DNA from: Lepidodermella squamata
Lineage: Eukaryota; Animalia; Gastrotricha
Direction: 5' to 3'
NCBI GenBank assembly: GCA_047495785.1
Contig: JBLDXI010000046.1
Coordinates: 62,001-126,000, forward strand
DNA length: 64,000 bases
Shown: piece after piece, positions 25,474 through 36,515 of the stretch
Layout: every line of letters begins with the position of its first letter
Numbering within the stretch: position 1 is the stretch's first letter
Position numbers and translations under genes: made by a program
Notes under the pieces: generated by a model
What the model was told of the DNA's origin: nothing
Database searches by the model: none
The model's input: the letters and a program-made list of their open reading frames with translations, nothing else

Positions 25474-27906
25474 CAGTGATTTGGATTTGCTGTTTTTCAT
25501 ACAAACCAAACAAAATGAGCTCTAAACCAATACCAAAACCAAAACTGAACCTGTCAGTTCAAAACAAAACCCAAACAAAACTCAAGTTTTAGCAAAACCA
25601 TTACAACACCCAGGTGAATTATAACATTTTTATTTCACATATTTTTCAACGAACTATTTACAAAATAGTGATTCAGTCATTAATCGCAAAAATTAAAGTT
25701 AATTAGTGGCGTTTAAGTTCATCGCCGATAGCTGACCGGGCAACTCGTTGGCAATTTGCAGGTATCGAAAGTTGCGGGCGAGCAGAACGTCGCGACGTAG
25801 TTTTTCCGGCGTCTGTCGAGCTTTGTGGGCAGCATCGCAGTAGCCTGATGTCGAAAAAACTCGTTCGACCTCGCAGCAACTAGCCGGAATCGAGAAAAGC
25901 AGTTGCGCGTATCGATGCAGTCGAGGGAACATCTGCTGATTTTCCCGCCAGAAGGCGTAGCAAGCGGAGCAATTGCCGAATGAAATACGGTTAGCAGCGC
26001 CAGGGCCAGGCAGAGTAGGCTCAGGTCGAGGATCGGTGAGGTTCGCATATTGCAGCAATTCCTTCTCGACCAGGCTAGCCGGCGTTGACGTTGGCGTGAC
26101 TCGTGATGATACGATTTTCGGCCGCTTGGTCGGAACGGCATTTGCCTCGAGTTGGGCAGGCTCGACCGGAACGTCGTTAAGTCGAGTTCGGACGTCAGCT
26201 GGCATTTGGCTGATCAACGCCTTGGCCTTGCCATAGGACTGGCCGCTCAGATCGCGCAACCGAGGATCTAGGTAGGCGGCAAGCAGGAGCCAAGCGTCCT
26301 TCAGCTGTTCTGCGAACCGAGTCTCAAGGCCGGTCGCCAGGTCCAGGCGAAGACGCCGTAAATCATTACTCTGAAATTCGGTGTCGTCACGCAGGTAATT
26401 GATGGAATGGCGAATTGCGACGACGACAATCCCGCAGTGAGCGTCAGCCACCTTAAAATTAGATAAAAATCAATTTGAGTAAAATAAAGTACATCATTGC
26501 AATGTATACCTCTAAATTCAGGACCAGGTCGCTGATAACAGTCAAAATTTCGAGAAGCGTACCAATTAGCCGCAGGTCGGCGTCCGTGAGCTTGTGAGGA
26601 AGACGAGGTAAAGCCGGGTTGGCGCCGGACAGCTGAGCGAGAGACGGCGCGACACCGGCAGCAGCTTCGCCTTCAAACGTAGCATCGCCAATGAACTCTT
26701 CAACCTCTTCGACCACGGCAGATCCGGACAAGTCAACGTCGCCTTGCCGAACTGAGGCTTCGAGTAGCCGACCAGCTTTCTTGATGTTCGCTGTTGTGTC
26801 GGTAGTCGCCTTGAGCAAATATGGCGCCGGTTTTTCAATCGGTAGATGCGACAGAATCGAAACCAGGCTGTCGTAGAATCGTTGCTCGATATTCTCGGCG
26901 TTGTGAGTAACTAAAAATCAAAGGCTTTATAAAGATATCGCCCTGAATCGCTAATTTTTTACCTGGAAATGAGAGATGCTCGGCCGTAAATCGGCGACGA
27001 ACCATGGATGCAGACATAAACTCGATATTGATGGCGAGAAACGAATGCGACGCTCGACTCGACCAAATGTCAGCCATCATACTGAAGCCAATCGCCTCGC
27101 CGAGAGAAGCATAAGCCGGAATCATTAGCCTATCAATGAGTTCAACCTGGCGGTTGGTAACCGTCCTCTGGTCCGGCATTGTCAGCGCCATGTTCCTGGA
27201 TGAGCAACGCAGTGTCCAAAGCCGAATATTTTCGGGCCGGTTCGAGGTTGGCGACGTGATAGGCTCGTACTGAACAGCGGCTTCGAGCGCCAAGCAGTCG
27301 AGAAAATCGAGGTTGACTTCCAGTTGCCCAACTTCAGGTATTGGTTGATTATGGCGTACCAGGTCGAGTTGTGTTCGGTAGACGTCGCCGTGGCTCTCCC
27401 TGAGGTGCCGTAGTAACGGTGACGCCAGTGAAACAAGCTGTGATTTGTAGACCTTTTGACACAGTTTGCACCGGTAGACATGAGTCGTGGCATGGTCATG
27501 GTTGACGTACGCGAAATTGGCGGCCGCGATTGGGTTGCTCAGAACAGGTGGCTGGTCTGGATGCGGATTCGGGCCAAAAACCGGCTCGATGATGGGCAAA
27601 TCACCATCCTCCATGAACAACTGATTGAATGTAGCTGTAAAAAGTGAAAGCTCGCTGATTGATACCTTCCTCCCTGAATCGGGCCACTTTATACCCGTCC
27701 AAACCCAATGTAACAGAAAGAAATAATACAATTGAACGCTTTCTTACGCAATACCATCAAAGGTTTTTATTTTCGCAACAAACAAACTGTATTGTTTTCT
27801 ATCTTTAAGCCTTGGTTCAGTTTTCGTTTTCGTTTTCACTGATCATCAGAAAAACAGGGTAAAACCAAAACCATACAAAAGTTTTGAATTCAAAACCAAA
27901 TCACTG
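25474..27906 (-). mobile_element. hAT DNA transposon with both ends intact
   Basis: TIR CAGTGATTTGG at both ends; perfect 8-bp TSD AACGCGAG; subterminal AAAACC repeats. Confidence 0.95.
25699..27757 (-). CDS. hAT transposase (BED finger, DDE, dimerisation domain), ~610 aa spliced; exons 27757-27748 (tentative), 27634-26963, 26910-26510, 26451-25699
   Basis: CKLC..LLRHLRESH; MADIWSS; THNAENI; TTDTTANI; AAYLDPR; FW....FPRL....LFSIPASCCEVERVFS. Confidence 0.85.
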
Positions 27907-28269
27907 AACGCGAGCTGCTTTCACGTGTTATAAGATTTGAGGTAGGCAACGATTGATAACTAAAAAAGATAGATTAGACACTGTAGTACTTTTATGTGTG
28001 CCGAAATGATTCATCAAGTGTTTTTGCATACTTGGTCGCGTGACCAGTTTTTCACTTGTCAACAGCTCTATAAGAAGTACGGCCAAATCAACGCATCTGA
28101 CAAGTGAATCTGGGCTTCTATTTCAACCAAATTGATCTCAAATGACCTGTCCTTCAATTTCGACGGAAAAAATAGGGTAAAGAGTTCTAATCTCCAGCTC
28201 GGCGCTCATCCAATCCAAATTTCCGGCCGGTTTCGCGTTATTTTTCTGGAATTTTTTAAAACCCACGAA

Positions 28270-28390
28270 GTACTCATGGTAGTAGTCCATGATTTGCAGC
28301 TCGCCAATGCCCGTATTTCCAGCCACATCCTCGCCAGATTTTGTCGATTCGTTGTAAACAGCCCAAGATTCGAGGGATATTTTGTAAGTA
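28270..28390 (-). pseudogene. Fragment duplicated from prolyl 4-hydroxylase exon 1
   Basis: Near-identical to ~34080-34190 (AGNTGIGELQIMDYYH). Confidence 0.85.
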
Positions 28391-28451
28391 TTTTGCTCGA
28401 GCAGAGTGTGGCGAGTTAACTGGTACCGACGTGATTATTGTGGCTATCGAA

Positions 28452-28696
28452 CACGCTCAGCCATGTTACGCCTAGGCGAATTACGACTTCAAGCCTGTGT
28501 TATGCTTGGTTAACGCTAGGGTTGAGAAATAGTAATGCCTGAGCTTACCACCAAGCGTTACATTTTACTAAAAAAAAGCTCTTGAAGTAACGCCTGAGAG
28601 CAACTTCAGGCGTTACTATTGCTCAACCCGGGCGTTAACCAGGCATAACACAGGCATAAAGTCGTAATTCGCCTAGGCCTTACATGGCCGAGCGTG
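28452..28696. mobile_element. Foldback MITE with ~90-bp imperfect TIRs and CAC..GTG ends
   Basis: cacgctcagccatgt..gcctaggcgaattacgactt.. is mirrored at the right end; AA on both flanks. Confidence 0.75.
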
Positions 28697-29151
28697 AAGT
28701 TGATGACAACGCTTGAGATCGAAAATGGTCATATCGGCGAACTAGTTGCCATGAGCCGAATTCACTCGCCAGAACGAGTCGACAGTTCAAATAGCTCGAG
28801 CCGTTGAGCGATTCTTCCGCGTAGCAGCGGCCAGTATGACGCGAAGTCCGGCGGCAAAAAGCGAGTGAAAATCAAAACGAAAATCGGTCATTATATGTTC
28901 GGCTTCTCAACATATTTCCTCCTATGTCCAATATATAAGTACACATATTTATTTATTTATTTATTCATTTATTTAAAAGCTATCAAACCCAAGAGAGGGA
29001 AGCTTGACGGCAAAAAACATAATATCTTCACGTGAAGAGTTTTTCTAAAATAAATAAAGGCTTGTCGGGGAAATCCCATAACTTTTTATTGGGAGAAAAC
29101 CCAGCTTTAGCCAGTGAAAACATCAGTCCATGATTTAATGCAAGACGTTCT

Positions 29152-30121
29152 TCAACTGCCAGCGCTGCATGTGTCAACAGTCAGTCCGTAGAGGGGAATA
29201 GTTCCAGGGTATTGGGTTCTTGGATTGCTGGTAAGAGAATAGCAGCAGAGGGCATAATTTGGAAAGCTTGAGGATGGAATTTTTTGGATCTATCAAAGTA
29301 AATACGGTTAATAATGTGAAGAAATCTGGTAAGAGCCTTGAAATCATCTTACAAAAGAGGGATTTGTGTTCAAGACGTCGGTTGGAGTTGAAGCCGACAG
29401 TGGGAAGCGAACGCAATTACCCAGTGAAGCTGAGCTGCCAGGAGCTGGGCCTGTTACCAAGTATGGATTCATGGTCGTTGCTCCGACGCAAATCAATGAA
29501 TAGGTTGGAGTGAGTCCTGTAATAACAGCTGGCTCGTAAAAGACATTAGGCCCCGTTTGTGCGCAGCATTGGGAGAAAGTGGAGAACGTGTTTGGTGACC
29601 CAGAAGCTTGCTATTTGACATAAAATTGATCGCCAAGTATCATACATAAACATTAATGATTTTACTGTGCCGCCGGTCAACAGGTTGCACGCTCCGGCGT
29701 TGGCGAGGCAAAATTTTGTTCCTGGCGCGGCAACGCCTGCACCTCCAATAGTTGTGATTTGACATAGATTGTATAAAACCTGCATTGCAAATTTAGGGTT
29801 TCGAGAAATGTTCCTGAAACATCAGATTCTCACCGTCGTCGTGCAAGATTTAGTCGCGTCGGTACAGGCCTGGGCTGACGTAACACACACGTTTGGTGAT
29901 GAGCAGCTGTTGGCTGCAGGAACACACACGCTCGGCGATGAGCAAGTGTTGGCTGAAGTGACACAGCTTGAACCAGGGGAGCATGTTGGCGATGAGCTGC
30001 CTGAGTTGGATGCTGGTGCGGAAGAGCATGGCGTTGTTGTTGTTGCTATTGTCGATGATGCTGGGCAAGCGCTGCCATCCGCCAAAATGGCCAGGAGAAT
30101 GGCGCAACTGAAAACGAACAT
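29152..30121 (-). CDS. Secreted Cys/Thr/Pro-rich protein, paralogue F (~265 aa); exons 30121-29834, 29779-29666, 29610-29353, 29289-29152
   Basis: Signal peptide, phase-0 introns of 54-63 nt, open spliced frame, family Cys pattern. Confidence 0.88.
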
Positions 30122-31113
30122 TCGCAGAGGGATAAAATGTAAAGTTTGGAGGAGCAGAAAAGAGAAGATGGTGAAGAAGGAAAAATGAGGCTGCTTTTAC
30201 AGGCAAAGTCAGCGTGCTTCTGTCGACGGCAGTAATTACTGCCGTATCGTTTACTATTAGAAGAATGCAGCTAGATGCCGAACGATTAATTCACATAGAC
30301 CTTATCGAGGGAAACTAGCTGCATGTGTTCCGAAGGAAAGACTCACTAAATCCTAAACGGAAGTCTTCGGTTTCCTTCCAGAAACGGCTACCTTTTGGTC
30401 TTATCGAGTAAATACACCTTGGAAAATGCTCGAACGCGTTGACTATCTGTGCCATTAAAGCCAAAGAAAAGGCAGGCATAATACTACCATATCAATGAGC
30501 TCTACGCTAATTACCTGCGTCTTTTCTTGAGGCCGCAGAGAACGTAGTGATTCGAGGCCTGCTACAGCCACCGGCGTTTGATAGCCGGCATGAAAAAGTG
30601 TTTAACATATCGTGTTCGACTTTGCCGTCGGGTTGAAACAGTGCTCAAAGCATGCCTGCAAACGTTTTTTTCATTCGTTAGTGGCAGAAGATGATGAGTT
30701 CACTGTTCCACTCTTAAGTTAGACGAAATCGTTTGTCTAAATTTGCACTTCTATGCAGCCGTCTGCCAATCAATACTGCGATAAGCTTCATAAAATGAAC
30801 GAAAGTGAAAAACAAAGCCTGTCTTCCATATCAAAGTTTAGAGTTTGAAAAAGGTTCAGCTTTCTAATAGGTCCATTGAATGCTCAGCAGAACTGCTTCA
30901 TAACTCATCACTTTAAAGGCCGGGAACCTAATGGATATTGTTAAATCAGCTTTCTTAATGCCAACTGGACCTTATACCAGCCTATGAATGGACTTCGAAT
31001 GAAATTCATGTAAAGTCAGATCAGTAAGCAAGAAATATCAAGATATAGTAAGGCGCGATCATAATTACTATTTTATTGATTTTGAAAGCCGCTCGACTAT
31101 GAAAATATCTCCA

Positions 31114-34100
31114 TCATCTGAACTTCAACCAATCCGGTAGTTCAAAGTCTGTTAAATCAAAATCCTGCTCCATCGTCAATCCGCACTTTTTATGATGAAA
31201 CTGGCCACGGAATCGAAACCATTTGTTAGCCACCCATTTCTCGCCCCTGATCACCGGGCACCCGCCGTGAAGCGTCCGTTGGTCGATCGTCTCGTTGCGG
31301 TGAACATTGTACCAAATCAAACCAGCATTCTTCGCCGCATCGATGCGAAACCCAAGCTTAGCAAACACCGTCCCTCCACCCTCTTCGACATGGTTCAGGT
31401 ACAGCAGTAACGTCGCAATCCTATCGCCTAAATGCGACCCGGCTACCGAGGTTAGGTAGTCCCAATGCGGGGCGTAGTGGCCCCCGATCGGGTAGTACCC
31501 AACCTGGTACATCTCACACCCGCCATCGCCGTCAAACGCGTTCATCCCAGTCACGGCCTCAATGTGTCTCGTTAACGAGGTCATTTTGCGCGTCACGCTC
31601 GACTCGAGCCATGCGGTGCGCGCGCGCCGTTGGTGCGGCTCGAAATCCGACCCGCCCGTCTTGTAATTAACCACCCCAGCGTCGTTCATCTTCTCCGCAG
31701 CTTCGCTACGCAACAGCCCAGCTTGGTCGTCCGTCAATAGGTCGTAGACTATAACAGCTATCGGGTCCAGGTTCAGAATCTCCTCCTTAATCGGGCCTAG
31801 GATGAAGTATGGATGGTTGCCACGCCGGTTGTACCTGCAGTAAAGGTTCGGATTCCTCGATAGCTTTTCCGTATTTTCAGCACATGCGTCGTATTGGCGA
31901 GTTTTCGTTAGCTCTTTCGCCGTTTCGATTTGCTTTTCGATCGGCAGCTTTTCGATTGAGTTGCCAAGGTCTTTCAGCAGTTTTGATACGCGTTCTTGTT
32001 CGTAGTAACGCCGGTTGTCTTCGAGGATTTTACGCGTTTCACTGCTGATTGATGACCGCGTGAGTTCGATTGTTACCATTTCAAGGGCTTCGGAGTAGTT
32101 TTTCAGGTAGCCAGCTGCGGCTTTTATGCCGTCTATTATCGATAGCTCTGTTATTCCATCAACTGCTGCAATTGACAAATAAGATGAATTTACTTGCAAG
32201 CATTTTTGCGTTTTTTAAGGCTATATTGAGGAAACCAATGGAAATTTGGAAAAATCCAGGAAAAATCGAATATTGAAATTTCGAGAAATGTGAAAAATTC
32301 GACTTTTCAATTTCAATTTCAATTTTTTTTTAATTTTCAAAATTTTGCGAACAGCCTCAAATATTCCAATTAGGGTCATCATTTTTGATGAATCATCGAA
32401 ACACTATCAACAGGGCGCACTCGTTTCAAAAACGCGAAAATGGAAGATGCGGAAATCTGGCTAGATCAATTTGTCTGAAACGAGGTTAAATAGATTTACC
32501 AGTTCAGCCGGGTGGACTAGTACAACGCGAGTGGGGCCAAGCTACTTCATGGATCAGCCCTTGTGAAATAACCCGGAGAAAATACTCAATATTGAGAGAA
32601 ATCGGAAAAAAGTGTCCATAACGGGGACGATTTCAAATGAATTTATTTCAAGCGTGGGCCAACTGGTAATTATGAAGGATTAAAAATTAAAAACTTCCAT
32701 TTCTTAGGGTTTTTCAAAGATGCTGAACAAGATTCCATAAAAAAAGCCAGGATTCAAAATTTTTGGGGAGCAACTCGATGATTCATCAAAAATTATGACC
32801 TAAAATAATTTATTTTTACAAATTTGTGAGATAAATAATTCGATAATTGGCCCTTAAGGCTGACAAGTTCAGTAAATTCCAACCTCTAATTTCAATTTAA
32901 AATGTGTGTCAATTTAGTGCACCCCCTAAATGTTGGGTTCAAGCGCGAAATTTGAGAGACTACAGCATTAGATTTTACCAAAATACTTTACGCTTTTCGA
33001 GTTTCATTATAGAATCTATATTTTTCGTTATCTTGCCTGACTTATAGATCTAGCCTTGATATTACGCTACGAGTGTTCAGTTTACATGTTTACAGGTTTG
33101 GCCTGCTGAGGCATTATCGATCCCAAGCATTGATTTGACTGATTGATTGATTGATTGATTTGACAAAGGCTTGGAACACGACATTAATTATTTACCTACT
33201 TTACTTTTAAGATTATTATAGCCAAAACTATGAGAATCCCAAGCCCTGGTAGGGGAGGGGCATCCGTAGATCAAGAATTGAAAAACCCAAAATCGCAAAG
33301 GATTGGGAAAATTTGGGACGCGAAAAAGGGTTGGAACCTCATTTTAAGTGGTGCAAATATTAGGGTAAGTTCAAATTTCTAAATTTGAGTTTAATTACAA
33401 AATTTAATATCCAATCAACCTTCAATTTCGTGAAATTAAAATTGAAAGTTCATAGTTAATCGCCGAAAATTCTCCTGAATTTGATAGTCATTTAAAATTT
33501 AAATTTAAAATTTAAATTTAAAATCTGGCTTAATCCTGAACAGAATAAATATTGGAAAAATCCGCAATTTCCATTTTGAATCATTTTGAATCCATTTCGA
33601 AAACAAAACTCTCTCTAGAATAATTCCAATTTTTTTGAATTTTTTTAAATTTCAAAAATTCAATTAAATTTCTCAAATATTGAAAATAATTTAAAATCAA
33701 GTTTAATTTATTACCTTCGGCTTTAGAATCGGCTTTAGTTGCATTGAACACCTTCCACGCCTTGTAGTAGTACGTCCGAGCCATCGAATAATTCATACTA
33801 ATCGCAAACCGATTCGCCAAGCTGAACAGCCCGCCAACTTCCGTCGGCTCAACATCGACAATAATCTCTTCAAACGCTCCAAAAGCCGCCGCCGCCTCAT
33901 CCTTCTCCTCAACAGGCGGATCTTCAATGCCACTCAACTGATCGACGTACTCCGAGTAGGATTTAACACTCAAGCCGAGGCGATTCCGATCCTCAGCCCG
34001 TAAATTCAGTCGAGCCAACATGTCCCGAACTACGCTCAACGCCTCGTTATAACGGCGTATTTTATAAGCGCAATAATGATAGTAGTCCATGATTTGCAGC

Positions 34101-34321
34101 TCGCCAATTCCCGTATTTCCAGCAACATCCTCGCCAGATTTTGTCGATTCGTTGTAGACAGCCCAAGATTCGCGGAATATTTTGTAAGCATTTTTGTAGT
34201 CCTGCTGCTGGTAAATTTCATAGCCGTGTCGAAACAACTCAGCTGCTCGGCCGGGTTCGAAATTTTGTGAGCCGGTGGAAAAATTGACAAAAATAATTAT
34301 GAGTAAAAAATAATGTAGCAT
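31114..34321 (-). CDS. Prolyl 4-hydroxylase alpha-subunit-like protein (~552 aa); exons 34321-33715, 32165-31114
   Basis: Signal peptide; LYCRY...HPYFILGPIKEE; YPIGGHYAPHWD (HxD); RIATLLLYLNHVEEGGGTVF; TLHGGCPVIRGEKWVANKW; phase-1 GT-AG join. Confidence 0.92.
32372..32801. mobile_element. MITE in the P4H intron
   Basis: ggtcatcatttttgatgaatcatcga / tcgatgattcatcaaaaattatgacc inverted pair. Confidence 0.7.
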
Positions 34322-35840
34322 GTTTTTTTCGTTCGCTCGACTCACTCGTGAATAAATTTTACGCGAAATTATTGTAGCACGTAAATTTTTTTTCGTCGAG
34401 TGTATAATATATAGGTATGTGGGTAGTAATAATAATATTTACCGGTGTTGCATATATTTTTCTTTTACAATTTTTCTAGTAAATAAAGCTTGTGTATAGT
34501 GACGCTGTTTACCTGTGTTTACCTGAACGCGCTCATAAGGAACAAAAAAAATTGAAAAAAATGAGAGAGAAAGGGTTTAAGGTTATACTTTACTACCAAG
34601 CTTAACTGCGGCTTTTTTGTTTATAATTGATTGTTTTAATCGCAAGAAAATAGGCTCAATTGACAAATAGAAAAAAATCTCGCAATTAGATCAACAAATT
34701 TTAATTAGAAATTTAAGAGAAAGGTTTGCCGATCGATGGTCCTATTTTTTTTAGCTTGGACATTTTTTACTAACTGAAACGAAGGTAATGAAAAATATAG
34801 TATTTAATAATTGGGTCAATTTTCCAATTTTTTTATTTCCTGTTTTCCCTCCTGATCGATAATGACGCAGCATTTGATCGCAGAGTTTTTTTATTTTAGC
34901 TAAATGGTACCCCTCGTGATGTGCGCTTTGAATTTTTAGTGCTGGATTACTATAAACTGCTTATTTGGGGAAAAAATACTGATTTGTAAAACCAATAATT
35001 GAAATCGAAATCGGCTGAAGAAGAACTCTTTAAGTAACAGCGAGAAATATTGTGACATATCGGGCAACAAATTTCAGATTTTCGAGGGAATATTTTGAGA
35101 AACAATTGAAAGTTTCCATTTTTGGGCCGGGCGACTTTTCAGCAGTGACATTTCAGCAATCCCCATTTAGAGTGAGCAGCGACAATTCAACGGCGACATT
35201 TGAGCAGTGACAAATCAGCAGTGTCATTTGGGCAGTAATTGCACTATCAATTTGCACAATCATATTTTATGGATGTGAGATTTTTTTTATTTATCTAGTT
35301 ACTTTTCAGATGCGACATTTCATCAGACGAATTCGGCTGATAATTTTCTTGCTATCTATATAAAATCGATTTATGTTAAGTAGCGATTGATGGAATCAGG
35401 TCAACTTTTTTCCCCTAAAATTGTTCATTCAAATTTGTTTGAATTTTCGCTTGCTCATTTGTCACTGCTTTATTGTCACTTGTTAATTGTATTGAACCTC
35501 AATTAGAAATTCGATGATTTGACCCGCAAATGCTGAAAAGCCTGACAACGCGTAAATCGATGTCTTATAATATAGAGTAAAGTTAAGGAGGATTATATTT
35601 TTTTGCGAAATTATAGATATGGGCTGGGAGTTTCATAGTTAGCGCTGTGGAAGTGTAAATTTGGGGCTTGAACTTATAGCGCAATCAAAATTCAATGTTG
35701 GGGGATGAAAGTGTTAAATCGTAACTTTTATTTGTCTCGTCTCTCAAGCTCAAGAATTAGCTGCCGATTTGTTGATTTTCCAATATCTAAAATTGATGCT
35801 GAGAAATTAATTATTCGCTATCCCTGGGGCTTTCAATTGA

Positions 35841-36125
35841 TTAAATTCCCAAAAATAACGCAAAAAATATTATAAAATCACCATATTCCTGATCTTTAGC
35901 GCCATTATCACTTTCGCACGTTAGTGTTCCGCTTGATTGATTGTCACGGGTTCGATTTGGCCGGCTTCTATTATCGCCATTGTCCGCTAAGGAAACATTT
36001 TTTACGGAAAATAAGTCGAGCAATGTCTCATCGTATTTGCATATTGGGCTCTTTTCTGCCGAAGTAAAAAAATTCTGAAAATTAATCAGCAGTAGCCAAA
36101 AAGTTGGCAAAAAATAAATTGTCAT
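35841..36125 (-). CDS. Possible first exon or small ORF of a secreted protein, head-to-head with the SMC6-like gene
   Basis: ATG plus hydrophobic signal-like N-terminus and several N-x-S/T sites; no downstream exon identified. Confidence 0.35.
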   Translation of the reverse strand: MTIYFLPTFWLLLINFQNFFTSAEKSPICKYDETLLDLFSVKNVSLADNGDNRSRPNRTRDNQSSGTLTCESDNGAKDQEYGDFIIFFALFLGI

Positions 36126-36515
36126 CTCGAAAAAAATTTCAAAATTTTCAAAAAAAAATTAATTTTAATAAAATCGTGTTTTTCCACGCGACACGCGATT
36201 ATTGTTCATCTTTTACACGCGAGCCGTGAATTTTTTTGTCACGCCTTGTAATCAGGAGTTCAACCCGGTTTCAGGTGAGGATTGGGATGAATAATTAAGT
36301 TTAAAAATCTTTGAAAAATGCGCCATACTGCAAGCTGCTGGCACCCGGAAATTAGGGTGGCGACATGGCGCTCAAAGCAAACATTCCACCGTAATTTCAA
36401 CTGAAAATTTTCTAGGACTCAAAATTTAAAATTCAAGTTAACTGACTAGACTGTAAAGCTTCTCGCCCTTTGTGATCTCTCAATTTTGATTTTGAATTTT
36501 ATTGAAAATAAAATC

